64,000 nucleotides of DNA from a candidate division WWE3 bacterium. Lineage in GTDB: Bacteria; Patescibacteriota; WWE3; UBA101185; UBA10185. Position numbers and translations under genes: made by a program. The stretch covers positions 91,971 to 155,970 of the forward strand of contig JAAZNV010000006.1 of assembly GCA_012798115.1 (NCBI GenBank), given 5' to 3'. The notes below the pieces were generated by a model that ran no database searches, had not been told where the DNA came from, and saw nothing but the letters and a program-made list of their open reading frames with translations. Positions 19,878-31,803 of this stretch are shown here, in pieces (the first letter of the stretch is position 1; each line of letters starts with the position of its first letter).

Positions 19878-22800
19878 ATGCGAGAAACTTTTTTAAAAAG
19901 AAAAATAGCGTTACCTCTTCCTAATCTTGTTGGTGTTCAACTTGAATCTTTTGAATGGTTAAAAAAAGAAGGATTAAAAGAAGTTTTAGACGAGCTTGGA
20001 ACTATAGAAGACAGTTCTGGTAGAGGTTGGGTTTTGACTCTCTCAAATCCTAGAGTAGGTAAAGAAAATATAACCATTTCAGAAGCAATAAGAACAGGTA
20101 GAACTTATGATGCTCAGTGGTATGTAGATGCATGTATTGAAGATCCCATTACTAAGAAACAAAGAACACAAGAAATTTATATGGGCGATATTCCCTTAAT
20201 GACAGAAAGAGGAACGTTTATTATAAACGGAGTTGAAAGGATTATAATCAGTCAACTTATTAGATCAGAAGGTGTTTTGTTTGGTGGCGAGTTTTCTCCC
20301 GTTACGGGACAATATCTTGCAGGTGCAAAAGTGTTGCCAAGGAGTGGTGTGTGGCTAGAGTTTGAAACCTCAAGAACTGGTGTTATTACGTTAAGGATAG
20401 ATAGAAAAAGAAAAATAACTGCAACCACCCTTCTTAGGATATTTGGATTGGAAAGTGATGATGAAATAAGGAAAACATTTGAGAATGTTGAAACAAATCC
20501 AGAAATAAACTTTACGGAAGCTACTCTTGCAAAAGATCCAGCATCAAATTTTGATGAAGCTTGCCTTGAGATATATAAAAAGATGAGGCCTGGAGAGCCT
20601 CTTGTGTTAGATAATGCTAAGGCTTTGGTTCATGCTATGTTCTTTAATAAAAGAAGATACAGCATGGGGGCAGTAGGAAGGTTCAAACTTAATCAAACAC
20701 TAGGCTTAAACTTTCCTAATGATCCAAAACATAGATTACTTCAGTTAGAAGATTTAATAAAAATAGTTTCAAAAATAATCTCTTTAAACAATGGTAATGG
20801 AGATCCAAGTGATGTGGACTTCTTAGGGAATAGAAGAGTTAAAAGCATGGGAGAGCTACTTCAATGGCAGATGAGAGTGGGATTCTTGAGAATGGAAAAG
20901 AACATAAAAGAAAGAATGAGTCTTGCCCCAAGAGATAGGTTACCAGATCCATCAACATTAATATCCCCAAGAGCTATAGCAGCTGCAGTTCATGCTTTCT
21001 TTGCAACTGGTCAGCTTTCACAGCTTCACGACCAACAAAATCCTTTAACAGCTCTTGATCATCTGAGAAGGCTTTCAGTTCTTGGACCTGGAGGTTTAAC
21101 TAAGGAAAGAGCAAGCTTTTCAGTTAGAGATGTTCATAATTCTTACTTTGGTAGAATATGTCCTGCTAGAACCCCAGAAGGACCAAACGTTGGGCTTATC
21201 AACTACATGTCTTTGTATGCAAAGGTAAATGAGTATGGATTTTTAGAAACCCCATACATTAAGCTTGAAAAAGACTCAACAGGAAGAATGAAACTTACAG
21301 ATGAAGTTGTTTACTTAGCAGCTTACGATGAAGAAAATGTTCATATTACAGATCAATCTGTTGAAATTGACAGCAACGGATACATTATTGATACTCAAGT
21401 TCCCTTGAGAAAAGGTGGAGAGTTTTTCTTAGGTGACGTTTCTTTAGCAGACTACATTGAGGTTGTTCCAGCTCAAGTTCTTGGTGTAATAGCCGGGCTT
21501 GTTCCTTTCGTTCAAAATGATGAAGTAACAAGAATCACAATGGGAACTCAACAAATGTCCCAGGCTGTTCCTTTAGTTAAACCTCAAAAGCCAATTGTTG
21601 GAACTGGCATTGAAGAAGAAGTTGCAAGAAACACAAATGCTTTAATCATGGCAGAAGATAATGGGGTAGTTGATTATGCTGACGCCGAAAAAGTTGTTGT
21701 TAAGTACAATATATCTGGGAAAGCAAAGAAAGTTGAATACATTGCTAAAAAGTTTGCTCAAACTAATAGTGGCACTTGTTATAACCAAGTAGTAAAAGTG
21801 GTAACAGATCAAAAGGTCAAAAAAGGAGATATTTTGATTGAAGGCCCTTCTGTAGACGATGGAGAGATTGCAATTGGTACAAACGTTAAAGTTGCATATA
21901 TGATCTATAAAGGTCTTGAATTTGAAGATGGAATTATTATTTCGGACAGGCTTGTTAAAGAAGATATACTAACATCAATTCACATATCTGATTATGTAAC
22001 TTCAGTTCAAGAAACAAAACTTGGACCGGAAGAAATAACAAGAGATATACCAAACGTTTCTGAAGACACACTTAGGAATCTAGATGAAAATGGAGTTGTT
22101 GCAATTGGATCAAAAGTTAAATCAGGAGATGTTCTTGTTGGAAAAGTTGCACCAAAAGGAGAAGTTGATTTAACAGCAGAGGAGAGATTACTAAGAGCAA
22201 TATTTGGTGAAAAGGCAAAAGATGTTAGAGATACGTCTCTTAGAATGCCTCATGGTGAGCATGGCGTTGTTATTGGAGTAAAGACCGTAACAAAAAAAGA
22301 CAATGAATCTTTACCAGCAGGGACCATTGAAGAGATTACTGTTTATGTAGCACAGCAAAAGAAGATTGAAATTGGAGATAAGCTTGCTGGGAGGCATGGA
22401 AACAAAGGTGTAATTTCTGCAGTTGTTCCTGCTGTTGATATGCCTACACTTCCTGATGGAACTTCAGTTGATATTGTTTTTTCGTCAGAAGCAGTTTTAA
22501 AAAGAATGAATGTTGGGCAAATATTAGAAGCTTCTCTAGGAGCTGTTGGTAGGAAGCTTGGAAAATTTTATGAGATCCCAGCTCTCCAAAGGATTCCAGA
22601 AGAAAAATTAATTGAGGAATTTAAAAAAGCAGGTTTTCCAGTTTCAGGGAAAATGAAATTAATCGATGGTAGAACAGGAGAATATTATCATAACGAAATT
22701 GTTGTTGGTGATTCTTATATCTTAAAGCTAGTTCATATGTCAGAAGAAAAAATGCATGCAAGATCTACTGGATCTTATTCTCTTATTACACAGCAACCCC

Positions 22801-23213
22801 TTGGAGGTAAAGCTCAGTTTGGGGGTCAAAGGTTTGGAGAAATGGAAGTTTGGGCACTTGAAGCTTATGGTGCAGCTCATTTACTTCAAGAAATGTTAAC
22901 AATAAAGTCAGATGATATGTTAGGTAGGGTTCAAGCATTTAGTGCTTTGATACAAGGAAATGAAATACCAGGAGCAACGGTTCCGGAGACATTTAAACTT
23001 CTTGTTAGAAAACTAAACGGTCTTGGTCTTGGTCTTGAAGCTTACTCAACGGAAGAACCTTCTGAAGAAAAAGAAAATTCAAAAGATAGAGATGAAGGAA
23101 ATGTGGAAAACATTATTGAAGATGTTGCTCAAGAAGAAGTTGTGAATGCAAAAGAGTTAGAAGAAGCTGGAGTCGAGGAAATTAAGGATGATGTAGGAAG
23201 TTCTGAGGAATAA
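19878..23213 (+). CDS. rpoB: DNA-directed RNA polymerase beta subunit
   Basis: Conserved rpoB blocks (GRHGNKGVIS, NVGQILE, GGQRFGEMEVWALEAYGAA); acidic C-terminal tail. Confidence 0.95.
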   Translation: MRETFLKRKIALPLPNLVGVQLESFEWLKKEGLKEVLDELGTIEDSSGRGWVLTLSNPRVGKENITISEAIRTGRTYDAQWYVDACIEDPITKKQRTQEIYMGDIPLMTERGTFIINGVERIIISQLIRSEGVLFGGEFSPVTGQYLAGAKVLPRSGVWLEFETSRTGVITLRIDRKRKITATTLLRIFGLESDDEIRKTFENVETNPEINFTEATLAKDPASNFDEACLEIYKKMRPGEPLVLDNAKALVHAMFFNKRRYSMGAVGRFKLNQTLGLNFPNDPKHRLLQLEDLIKIVSKIISLNNGNGDPSDVDFLGNRRVKSMGELLQWQMRVGFLRMEKNIKERMSLAPRDRLPDPSTLISPRAIAAAVHAFFATGQLSQLHDQQNPLTALDHLRRLSVLGPGGLTKERASFSVRDVHNSYFGRICPARTPEGPNVGLINYMSLYAKVNEYGFLETPYIKLEKDSTGRMKLTDEVVYLAAYDEENVHITDQSVEIDSNGYIIDTQVPLRKGGEFFLGDVSLADYIEVVPAQVLGVIAGLVPFVQNDEVTRITMGTQQMSQAVPLVKPQKPIVGTGIEEEVARNTNALIMAEDNGVVDYADAEKVVVKYNISGKAKKVEYIAKKFAQTNSGTCYNQVVKVVTDQKVKKGDILIEGPSVDDGEIAIGTNVKVAYMIYKGLEFEDGIIISDRLVKEDILTSIHISDYVTSVQETKLGPEEITRDIPNVSEDTLRNLDENGVVAIGSKVKSGDVLVGKVAPKGEVDLTAEERLLRAIFGEKAKDVRDTSLRMPHGEHGVVIGVKTVTKKDNESLPAGTIEEITVYVAQQKKIEIGDKLAGRHGNKGVISAVVPAVDMPTLPDGTSVDIVFSSEAVLKRMNVGQILEASLGAVGRKLGKFYEIPALQRIPEEKLIEEFKKAGFPVSGKMKLIDGRTGEYYHNEIVVGDSYILKLVHMSEEKMHARSTGSYSLITQQPLGGKAQFGGQRFGEMEVWALEAYGAAHLLQEMLTIKSDDMLGRVQAFSALIQGNEIPGATVPETFKLLVRKLNGLGLGLEAYSTEEPSEEKENSKDRDEGNVENIIEDVAQEEVVNAKELEEAGVEEIKDDVGSSEE

Positions 23214-23215
23214 CT

Positions 23216-26200
23216 ATGAGAGATATAACTAAACTAAAAGATTTTGATGCACTAAGAATATATCTTGCTTCAAGCAATGAGATATTAGAATGGTCATATG
23301 GTGAAGTAACAAAACCAGAAACAATAAACTACAGAACATTCAAAGCAGAAAGAGATGGCTTGTTTGATGAAAGAATATTTGGACCTTCTAAGAATTATGA
23401 ATGTTACTGTGGAAAGTACAAAGGAATAAGGTATAAAGGTGTTGTCTGTGATAAATGTGGTGTTGAAGTAACTCATAACAGGGTAAGAAGAGAAAGAATG
23501 GGGCACATTAAACTTGCATCTCCTGTTGCTCATGTGTGGTTCTTTAAGGGTATTCCATCAAAGATGGCACTTCTTCTTGATTTAACGCCAAGAAATGTAG
23601 AGTCTGTTGTTTATTTTGCATCGTTTATTGTTACGGAAATTGATGAAAAGAATAAAGCAAAAGCAATATCTCAAGTTGGGAAAGATCTTGAGGTTACAAA
23701 AGCTTCTCTTCAAAAGGAGTTAGAGGAGCAAATGAAAGAAACAGAAAAAGAACTTGCAAATCTCTCGAAGATAAAAGACGAAATGAAGGCAAAAGAAGAA
23801 GAGTTAAAGATTAGACAAAAAATACAAAAGATAAAAGCAGCTTATGATAAAAAAGTTGAAGAACAAGAAAAGAAGTTTAAACTTATTCAAAAGAAAATTG
23901 AAAGTGTAGGTCTTCATTCCGTAATTTCAGAAAATGAGTATATTTCTCTTATTTCTTACTTGGATAAATATTGCAAGTTGGAAATTGGAGCAGATGCTTT
24001 GAAAGGAATCTTAAGCAGGATTGATCTAAACACTTTAGCGGAACAATTAAAAGAACAACTTGAGAATGCTAAAGGACAAAAAGCTCAGAAGATTGCAAAA
24101 AGGTTTGGAGTAGTTGATCAGTTTAGAAGAGCAGGGATCACCCCTGATAGGATGATAATGGATGTTATTCCTGTGATTCCACCGGATTTAAGACCAATGG
24201 TTCAACTTGATGGTGGAAGATTTGCCACATCAGATCTTAATGATCTATATAGAAGACTTATCAATAGAAATAATAGGTTAAGAAGACTTCTTGATCTTGG
24301 TGCTCCTGAGATTATCGTTAGAAATGAAAAAAGAATGCTCCAAGAATCAGTAGATGCTTTGTTTGATTCTTCAAAGAGAAGGAAAAAGGCAAGGACTACT
24401 ACAAGAGGAAAAGAATTAAGATCGCTTGCAGATATGATAAAAGGAAAGCAAGGAATATTTAGACTTAATCTTCTTGGAAAAAGAGTAGACTACTCAGGAA
24501 GAGGAGTTATCATAAATGGACCTGACCTTAAATTAAATGAGTGTGGCATTCCAAAAGAAATGGCTCTTGAGTTGTTTAAGCCAATGGTTTTAAGAGAAAT
24601 ATTAAAGAGAGGGTATGCTCCGAATGTTAAGAGTGCAAAATTTTTCCTTGATACAAGAGTTCCTGAAGTTTGGGATATTTTAGAAGAAGTTGTTGCAGGT
24701 TACCCAGTGTTATTAAACAGGGCGCCTACGCTTTGGAGACTTGGTATTCAAGCATTTTATCCAAAGCTAGTTGAAGGAAATGCAATTAGATTGCCTCTTG
24801 TTGTTTGTACTGGATTTAATGCTGACTTTGATGGAGATCAGATGGCAGTCCATGTACCTTTATCTCCAGAAGCAATAGGAGAAGCTAAGGAAGTGATGAT
24901 CTCTTCAAATAATCTTTTAAATCCTTCTAATGGATCTCCCATTTCTATCCCAACAAAAATTATGTTATTTGGTGTGTACTATATAACATCAATTGACGAG
25001 AAATTACCGATATTAAATAAAGTTTATGCAGATGAAACAGAAATGATGTATGCAATGGATGCAAACAATGAAATTGATTTAAGGCAATTAGCAAAAGTTA
25101 GGCTAAATGGGGAGATAGTAGAAACAACTCCTGGGAGAGTTATTTTTAATAAAGTCGTACCAGAAAAGTATGGATATATTAATGATGCAATGGATAAAAA
25201 AAGAATAAATGCTTTGTTGACTAAAGTGTTAAGAGAAGATCCTAATGATGTAGCTGTTAAGTTAATTGATGATATTAAAGAAATTGGGCTTAAATATGGA
25301 ACTATTTGTGGTCAATCAGTATCACTTGCTGATATTGATATTCCTTTAAATAGGGATGCCATCATTAATGAAGGTAAAAAGCAAGTCGCTGAAATAGACG
25401 GTTATTTTAGAAGAGGGTTGATTACTAAATCAGAAAGAAGAAAACAAAATGAAGACGTTTGGAATAAAGTAATAGCAGAGCTTGATACTGCTGTTTGGGA
25501 AAATCTTCAAGAATATAATCCTGTTAAGATTTTGGTTAAGTCAGGATCAACAAAAGCTTCTAGAGATCAAGTTAAGCAACTTGCAGGTATGAAAGGTCTT
25601 GTTTCAGATCCTACTGGTAAGGTTGTTGAAATTCCAATATTTGGAAACTTTAAACTAGGACTTTCAGCTCTTGAATACTTTGTTGCTTCAAGAGGTGCAA
25701 GAAAAGGACTTGTTGATAAAGGCTTAAAGACTGCAGATGCTGGTTATTTAACCAGAAGGCTTGTTGATGTTTGTCAAGATGTGATAGTTAGGGAAGAAGA
25801 TTGTGGAACTACCGAAGGTAGAGAGATGGTAGTTGGAAGAGGCACTCTTCTTCAAACCTTTGCAGATAGGGTGATTGGAAGAGTGTTGGCAAAAGATGTA
25901 AAGGGTGGAAACAAAGTGATAGTTAAAGCAGGAACCTTTTTAACTGAGTTAGATGTTGAAGAAATCGAAAAATCTGGAGTAGAAAAAATCATTATTAGGT
26001 CTCCAATGCATTGTGAATCTAGAAGAGGAATTTGTGCTAGATGTTATGGTTCAGATCTTATGACTGGAAAACTTGTGAAGGTTGGAACAGCAGTTGGAGT
26101 TGCAGCAGCTCAATCAATTGGAGAACCAGGCACTCAGCTTACTATGAAGACTTTCCACTCTGGAGGAATTGTTGGAAAAGATATTACTCAAGGTTTACCA

Positions 26201-26884
26201 AGAGTAGAGGAACTTGTTGAAGCAAGAGCACCAAAGTTCTTATCAGTAATGAGTGAAATATCAGGTTCTGTAAGGGTTGAAAAGAATGGTGATGAAAGAA
26301 AAATAGTTGTAATTCCTTCTGATCCGGGAGAGGAAGTAGTTGAGTATTCAATTGATCCTGTTGAAGAAGTGTTAGTAAAAGACGGTGAGCTAGTTGCAAA
26401 AGGTCAAAAACTAACAAGTGGCAATTTAAACTTAAGTGATTTATATAGAACCGTTGGTGTTGATGAAACAAAGAGATATATTATTGAGGAAGTACAAGGA
26501 GTTTATGCATCACAAGGTGTTGCCATTAATGATAAACACTTAGAAACTGTTGTAAAACAAATGTTTAACCATGTAAGGATTGAAGAACCAGGAGATACAG
26601 AATTTATGTCTGGGGAACTTGTAACAAGAGCAAGGTTTGATGAAGAAACAGAACGAATTGTTGCAAGCGGTGGCACACCAGCAACTGGTAAACTTATTAT
26701 GCTTGGTATTACAAAAGCTGCTCTTCATACGGACAGCTGGATGTCAGCAGCATCGTTTATTCACACAAGCAATGTATTGACCGATGCAGCTTGTTCTGGT
26801 AAGGTTGATTACCTTGTAGGCTTAAAAGAAAATGTTATTATTGGAAAATTGATTCCAACTGGAGAAAGAGCCAGAATAGATTAA
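23216..26884 (+). CDS. rpoC: DNA-directed RNA polymerase beta-prime subunit
   Basis: Zinc-binding [23 protein letters not shown], catalytic [12 protein letters not shown]; lineage-specific coiled-coil insertion around residues 140-260. Confidence 0.95.
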   Translation: MRDITKLKDFDALRIYLASSNEILEWSYGEVTKPETINYRTFKAERDGLFDERIFGPSKNYECYCGKYKGIRYKGVVCDKCGVEVTHNRVRRERMGHIKLASPVAHVWFFKGIPSKMALLLDLTPRNVESVVYFASFIVTEIDEKNKAKAISQVGKDLEVTKASLQKELEEQMKETEKELANLSKIKDEMKAKEEELKIRQKIQKIKAAYDKKVEEQEKKFKLIQKKIESVGLHSVISENEYISLISYLDKYCKLEIGADALKGILSRIDLNTLAEQLKEQLENAKGQKAQKIAKRFGVVDQFRRAGITPDRMIMDVIPVIPPDLRPMVQLDGGRFATSDLNDLYRRLINRNNRLRRLLDLGAPEIIVRNEKRMLQESVDALFDSSKRRKKARTTTRGKELRSLADMIKGKQGIFRLNLLGKRVDYSGRGVIINGPDLKLNECGIPKEMALELFKPMVLREILKRGYAPNVKSAKFFLDTRVPEVWDILEEVVAGYPVLLNRAPTLWRLGIQAFYPKLVEGNAIRLPLVVCTGFNADFDGDQMAVHVPLSPEAIGEAKEVMISSNNLLNPSNGSPISIPTKIMLFGVYYITSIDEKLPILNKVYADETEMMYAMDANNEIDLRQLAKVRLNGEIVETTPGRVIFNKVVPEKYGYINDAMDKKRINALLTKVLREDPNDVAVKLIDDIKEIGLKYGTICGQSVSLADIDIPLNRDAIINEGKKQVAEIDGYFRRGLITKSERRKQNEDVWNKVIAELDTAVWENLQEYNPVKILVKSGSTKASRDQVKQLAGMKGLVSDPTGKVVEIPIFGNFKLGLSALEYFVASRGARKGLVDKGLKTADAGYLTRRLVDVCQDVIVREEDCGTTEGREMVVGRGTLLQTFADRVIGRVLAKDVKGGNKVIVKAGTFLTELDVEEIEKSGVEKIIIRSPMHCESRRGICARCYGSDLMTGKLVKVGTAVGVAAAQSIGEPGTQLTMKTFHSGGIVGKDITQGLPRVEELVEARAPKFLSVMSEISGSVRVEKNGDERKIVVIPSDPGEEVVEYSIDPVEEVLVKDGELVAKGQKLTSGNLNLSDLYRTVGVDETKRYIIEEVQGVYASQGVAINDKHLETVVKQMFNHVRIEEPGDTEFMSGELVTRARFDEETERIVASGGTPATGKLIMLGITKAALHTDSWMSAASFIHTSNVLTDAACSGKVDYLVGLKENVIIGKLIPTGERARID

Positions 26885-26885
26885 T

Positions 26886-27302
26886 ATGCCAACGATTAAT
26901 CAGCTTTTGAGAAAAGCTAGAAAAACAAAAGTTAAGAAAGCTAAAACCCCTGCTTTAAAAGAAGTTTTTAATTCTAAAAGAAGAAGGGTGAAGAAACATA
27001 ATAGTCCTTTAAAAAGAGGTGTTGTGCTTTTGGTTAGAACTCAAACTCCTAAGAAGCCAAACTCAGCTTTAAGAAAAGTTGCAAGAGTAAGATTATCGAA
27101 TAGGAGGGAAGTAACAGCTTATATCCCTGGTGAAGGTCATAATCTTCAAGAACACTCTGTTGTTATAGTAAAAGGTGGAAAAGTTCAAGATCTTCCTGGT
27201 ATAAAGTATGAAATAGTTAGAGGAACAGCAGATCTTGCAGGAGTAGAAGGAAGAAAAACATCTAGATCAATTTATGGCGCAAGGAAGTCTAAAGGAAAAT
27301 AG
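26886..27302 (+). CDS. rpsL: 30S ribosomal protein S12
   Basis: [13 protein letters not shown]... [16 protein letters not shown]. Confidence 0.95.
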   Translation: MPTINQLLRKARKTKVKKAKTPALKEVFNSKRRRVKKHNSPLKRGVVLLVRTQTPKKPNSALRKVARVRLSNRREVTAYIPGEGHNLQEHSVVIVKGGKVQDLPGIKYEIVRGTADLAGVEGRKTSRSIYGARKSKGK

Positions 27303-27304
27303 TT

Positions 27305-27772
27305 ATGAGAGGTAAAAGAGCAAGAAAAAGAACATTAAATCCAGATCCACTTTTTAAATCAAAAGTTGTAGCTAGAATGATTAGTGTAGCTATGACTCAA
27401 GGTAAGAAAAGTATTGCAAGGGAAATAGTGTACAGTGCTATTAAGAATTTAAATGAAGATGAAAGAGAAGCATTAAGGATATTTGAACAAGCAGTAAAAA
27501 ACGTTATGCCGCAGCAAGAAGTTAGATCAAGAAGAGTTGGTGGTGCTACGTATCAAGTTCCAATTCCACTTAAGCATGATAGATCAGAAGCACTGGCTGT
27601 AAGGTGGATAATAGGTGCAGCAAGATCAAAAAGAGGTAGGCCAATGGTAGAGAAACTACATGACATATTAATGGATTCATACCAAAACGTTGGGGATGCT
27701 ATTAAAAAGAGAGACGATGTTCACAAGATGGCTGAAGCTAACAGGGCCTTTGCACACTTTGCTAGGTTTTAA
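27305..27772 (+). CDS. rpsG: 30S ribosomal protein S7
   Basis: S7 family; follows rpsL by 2 nt. Confidence 0.9.
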   Translation: MRGKRARKRTLNPDPLFKSKVVARMISVAMTQGKKSIAREIVYSAIKNLNEDEREALRIFEQAVKNVMPQQEVRSRRVGGATYQVPIPLKHDRSEALAVRWIIGAARSKRGRPMVEKLHDILMDSYQNVGDAIKKRDDVHKMAEANRAFAHFARF

Positions 27773-27805
27773 TCCACCACTTCTAGATATTGGAAAGGTA
27801 TAAGT

Positions 27806-29893
27806 ATGGCCGAGATTATTAATAAAAAATACCCTTTAGAAAAGATTAGAAACATTGGTATTATTGCTCATATTGATGCAGGGAAAACTACAACTACTGA
27901 AAGAATCCTTTTTTATACAGGAAAATCTCATAAAATTGGGGACATTGACGAAGGAAATACTCAAATGGATTGGATGGCTCAAGAAAGAGAAAGAGGAATT
28001 ACTATCACATCTGCTGCAACCACATGTTTTTGGAAAGATCATAGGATAAATATTATTGATACTCCTGGCCACGTTGATTTCACAGCAGAAGTTGAAAGAT
28101 CTCTAAGAGTTCTTGATGGTGGTGTCATTATTCTTGATGGTTCACAAGGAGTTGAACCTCAATCGGAAACTGTTTATAGACAAGCTCAGAAATATAATGT
28201 TCCATTGTTATTCTTCATAAATAAACTTGATAAAGTTGGTGGTGATTTTTATATGTCGGTTGGGTCGATTGCTGAGAAACTCACTAATAAAGGAGTAGTG
28301 GTCCAGCTTCCTATTGGTCTTGAAAATACATTTGAAGCAGTAATTGATCTTATTGAAATGAAAGCATACAAATTTGAAGGTACTGGTGGAGAGAAAGTTA
28401 TTGAGTTTGAAATACCAGTAGATATGTTAGAAGATGCAAAAAAATATAGATCCATAATGATTGAAAAAGTAGCAGAAGCTGATGATAAGTTAATTGAAAA
28501 GTACCTGGCAGGAGAAGAATTAACTAATGATGAGATTAGGAAAGGTCTAAGGGAATTGACAATTAAAGCAGAAGTGTATCCAATATTTTGTGGTGCCTCA
28601 CTTTCAAATAAAGGTGTGCAAAAAGTTCTTGATGGCGTCGTTGACTATCTACCATCTCCAAAGGATAAGCCAGACATTGTTGGAATAAGGGAAGGAACTG
28701 ACGAACAAATGCTTCTTAAGGCTGATGAAAATGGTCCTTTTGTTGCACTTGCATTTAAGATCCAAACAGATCCATATGTAGGGAAACTTACATACATTAG
28801 AGTTTACTCTGGAAAAATATCATCTGGTTCTTATGTTCATAACTCTACTGCAGATAGGAAAGAAAGACTAGGAAGAATTCTTTTAATGCATGCAAACCAT
28901 AGAGAAGAAATAAAAGAAATTTCTGCTGGAGAGATTGGGGCAGGTGTTGGTCTTGAGGCAATAACAGGAGACACTCTTTGTGCTGAAGATAATAAAATTG
29001 TTCTTGATAAGATTAGCTTTGCAGAACCAGTAATTGGCATTGTAGTAGAGCCAAAAACTAAAGCTGACAGAAATAAGATGGGCCAAGTAATAAAGAAATT
29101 TTTAGAAGAAGATCCAACTCTTGCAATTAAAACTAATATTGAAACTGGGCAAACTCTTTTGTATGGAATGGGCGAGCTTCATCTTGAGATTATTGTAGAT
29201 AGGATGAGGAGGGAGTTTAATCTTGAAGTAAATACTGGTACTCCTCAAGTTGCATATAGGGAAACAATAAGAAAAGTAGTTGAGTCAGAAGGAAAGTACA
29301 TTAGGCAGACAGGTGGTAGAGGGCAGTATGGTCATGTTGTTATCAAAGTTGAGCCTCTTGAAAGAGGAGAAGGTGTTAAGTTTGTTGATAAGATTGTTGG
29401 AGGAGCTATCCCAAGGGAATATATTCCTGCTGTTGAGAAAGGAATTAAAGAAGCTGCAGAAAGTGGCATTATTGCAGGTTATCCTTTTGTTGATTTTCAA
29501 GTTACTCTTTTTGATGGATCGTTTCATGAAGTTGACTCATCAGAAATGGCATTTAAAATGGCAGCCATTGAAGCTTTGAGACAAGCTCAAAGAGCAGGAG
29601 ATACCTTCCTTCTTGAGCCTATCATGAAAGTGGAAGTTATAGTTGCAGAAGAGTTTATGGGTGACGTTATTGGAAATATATCTTCAAAGAGAGGAAAGAT
29701 TGATTCCACTGAACAAAGGGGCAATGCTAGAATTATTACTGCTAAGGTTCCTCTTGCAGAAATGTTTGGGTATGCCACTGAGTTAAGAGGAATGACTCAA
29801 GGAAGAGGTTCTTTTACTATGGAGCCAAGCCATTACGAGGAAGTACCATCCAACATTGCAGAAGGCTTAATTAAAGATAACATTAGACATTAA
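27806..29893 (+). CDS. fusA: elongation factor G
   Basis: G-domain [25 protein letters not shown]; domains III-V. Confidence 0.95.
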   Translation: MAEIINKKYPLEKIRNIGIIAHIDAGKTTTTERILFYTGKSHKIGDIDEGNTQMDWMAQERERGITITSAATTCFWKDHRINIIDTPGHVDFTAEVERSLRVLDGGVIILDGSQGVEPQSETVYRQAQKYNVPLLFFINKLDKVGGDFYMSVGSIAEKLTNKGVVVQLPIGLENTFEAVIDLIEMKAYKFEGTGGEKVIEFEIPVDMLEDAKKYRSIMIEKVAEADDKLIEKYLAGEELTNDEIRKGLRELTIKAEVYPIFCGASLSNKGVQKVLDGVVDYLPSPKDKPDIVGIREGTDEQMLLKADENGPFVALAFKIQTDPYVGKLTYIRVYSGKISSGSYVHNSTADRKERLGRILLMHANHREEIKEISAGEIGAGVGLEAITGDTLCAEDNKIVLDKISFAEPVIGIVVEPKTKADRNKMGQVIKKFLEEDPTLAIKTNIETGQTLLYGMGELHLEIIVDRMRREFNLEVNTGTPQVAYRETIRKVVESEGKYIRQTGGRGQYGHVVIKVEPLERGEGVKFVDKIVGGAIPREYIPAVEKGIKEAAESGIIAGYPFVDFQVTLFDGSFHEVDSSEMAFKMAAIEALRQAQRAGDTFLLEPIMKVEVIVAEEFMGDVIGNISSKRGKIDSTEQRGNARIITAKVPLAEMFGYATELRGMTQGRGSFTMEPSHYEEVPSNIAEGLIKDNIRH

Positions 29894-30111
29894 TTTCTAG
29901 CGTTTAAATTATTAGTGTTGTGAGAAAAAGCCTTGATTTTTGGGTTCTTATTTGGTTAACTAAGTCTTGCTTTAGCAAATGTTTTTAGGTTAAAATAACG
30001 CCATTCTGGTCGGAAGCGAGTATTCTTTTGATAAAAGAATATTCACACACGTTCAGGATGGTTGACTATAAACCTAAATTTGTAATTTATTTGATCGAAA
30101 GGAAGGTTAAA

Positions 30112-31290
30112 ATGTCAGATTTCGTAAGAAATAAAGAACATGTAAATATAGGTACTATTGGCCATGTTGACCATGGTAAGACAACCTTAACATCAGCAAT
30201 TACTAAGGTACTTGCAGATAAAGGAATGGCTTCCTACAGGGCCTTTGATACCATTGACAATGCCCCTGAAGAAAAAGAAAGAGGCATCACAATTAATATT
30301 ACTCACGTTGAGTATGAAACAGAAAAGAGGCACTATGCTCATATTGATGCTCCAGGTCACAAAGACTACATTAAGAATATGATCACAGGAGCTGCGCAAA
30401 TGGATGGTGCTATACTTGTAGTTTCCGCTCCAGATGGACCAATGCCTCAAACAAGAGAACATATTCTTCTTGCAAAGCAAGTTAATGTTCCAGCTATAGT
30501 TGTTTTCTTAAACAAGGTAGATATGGTACAAGATAAAGAAATTTTGGATCTTGTTGAACTTGAAGTAAGAGAGCTTCTGACAAAGTACGGATTTCCTGGT
30601 GATAAAACACCAATTATAAGAGGATCTGCACTTAAGGCTTTGGAAGGTGATCCTGAGGCTGTTAAGGGTATTGAAGAACTTATGAAAGCAGTTGATGAGT
30701 ATATTCCAACTCCAGTTAGAGACCTTGATAAACCATTCTTAATGCCCATTGAAGATGTGTTTACTATTTCTGGAAGAGGAACTGTTGTAACTGGAAGAAT
30801 TGGAAGAGGAAAAGTAGCAATAAATGACGAAGTGGAAATAGTTGGAATAAGAGACACTAAGAAGACAGTTGTTACTGGTGTAGAAATGTTCAAGAAGTCA
30901 TTAAAAGAAGGTCAAGCAGGAGATAACGTTGGAATACTTTTAAGAGGTATTGAAAGGACAGATGTTGAAAGAGGACAAGTTCTTTCTAAACCAGGATCAG
31001 TTAAACCTCATTCTGAATTTGAAGCTGAAGTAATTGTATTATCAAAAGAAGAAGGTGGAAGACACAAACCATTCTTCTCAGGATATAGACCTCAATTCTA
31101 TATGGGAACTACTGATGTTACTGGTGAGGTTACATTGCCATCTGGTGTAGAAATGGTTATGCCAGGAGATAATGTTAAAATGTCTGTTAAGCTTATTACC
31201 CCAGTAGCTCTTGAAGAAGGAATGAGATTTGCTATTAGAGAAGGTGGTAGCACGGTTGGAGCAGGAGTTGTAAGTAAAATAGGTAATTAA
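30112..31290 (+). CDS. tuf: elongation factor Tu
   Basis: [21 protein letters not shown]. Start set at ATG 30112 ([15 protein letters not shown]) with GGAAGG RBS; the upstream in-frame extension in the ORF track was rejected. Confidence 0.95.
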   Translation: MSDFVRNKEHVNIGTIGHVDHGKTTLTSAITKVLADKGMASYRAFDTIDNAPEEKERGITINITHVEYETEKRHYAHIDAPGHKDYIKNMITGAAQMDGAILVVSAPDGPMPQTREHILLAKQVNVPAIVVFLNKVDMVQDKEILDLVELEVRELLTKYGFPGDKTPIIRGSALKALEGDPEAVKGIEELMKAVDEYIPTPVRDLDKPFLMPIEDVFTISGRGTVVTGRIGRGKVAINDEVEIVGIRDTKKTVVTGVEMFKKSLKEGQAGDNVGILLRGIERTDVERGQVLSKPGSVKPHSEFEAEVIVLSKEEGGRHKPFFSGYRPQFYMGTTDVTGEVTLPSGVEMVMPGDNVKMSVKLITPVALEEGMRFAIREGGSTVGAGVVSKIGN

Positions 31291-31309
31291 ATAAGAAAAG
31301 ATTTAGTGA

Positions 31310-31336
31310 AACCCCCTCAAAGAGGGGGTTTCTTAT
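31310..31336 (+). terminator. intrinsic terminator/attenuator after tuf
   Basis: CCCCCTC-AAA-GAGGGGG hairpin (31312-31328) followed by TTTCTTATCT. Confidence 0.6.
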
Positions 31337-31341
31337 CTAAA

Positions 31342-31668
31342 ATGGCAAGAACAAAGACACAAAAAGAAACTAAGATAAGAATAAAGTTAAAGTCTTATGA
31401 CAGTAGGATTATTGACTTAAGTTGTTCAAAAATTGTTGATACTGCAATAAGAACAGGGGCTCAAATTGTTGGTCCAGTGCCGTTACCAACGAAAATAGAA
31501 AGATTTACTGTTATTAGGGGACCGCATGTTGATAAAAGATCAAGAGAACAATTTGAGTTGAGAACTCACAAGAGGGTGATTGATGTGTTAAATCCGACAT
31601 CATCAACAATTGAAACTTTATCAAAGCTTAGTTTACCGGCAGGAGTTGGCATTTCGATTAAGATGTAG
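31342..31668 (+). CDS. rpsJ: 30S ribosomal protein S10
   Basis: [20 protein letters not shown] aligns with S10 N-termini; the upstream ORF-track extension contains the terminator hairpin. Confidence 0.9.
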   Translation: MARTKTQKETKIRIKLKSYDSRIIDLSCSKIVDTAIRTGAQIVGPVPLPTKIERFTVIRGPHVDKRSREQFELRTHKRVIDVLNPTSSTIETLSKLSLPAGVGISIKM

Positions 31669-31768
31669 TAACATATTCAAGCTTTTTGGATTGTGAGTGT
31701 ATTAGTAACAACTAATGATAAATAAAAGAACATAAAATAATAAGTTAGTAATGCAGGGGTAGTTTAAG

Positions 31769-31797
31769 GCAGGCGCCCTTAAGGCGCTGATTTTTTT
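31769..31797 (+). promoter_or_regulatory. GC hairpin plus U7 tract ending 6 nt before the rplC start (attenuator or translational operator candidate)
   Basis: CAGGCGCCCTTAAGGCGCTG followed by TTTTTTT at 31791-31797; rplC ATG at 31804. Confidence 0.4.
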
Positions 31798-31803
31798 ATA
31801 AAA

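Noticed and set aside
30028-30111. Upstream in-frame extension of tuf ([18 protein letters not shown]...)
   Set aside because: EF-Tu homologs begin at [10 protein letters not shown], where ATG 30112 has a GGAAGG RBS. The extension has no homology.
29894-30111. Possible tRNA gene in the fusA-tuf spacer, as found in many bacteria
   Set aside because: No cloverleaf-compatible sequence and no GTTCRA T-loop box. Only an AT hairpin is present.
31306-31341. Upstream extension of rpsJ ([12 protein letters not shown])
   Set aside because: It encodes the terminator hairpin itself; S10 alignment begins at MARTKTQ.
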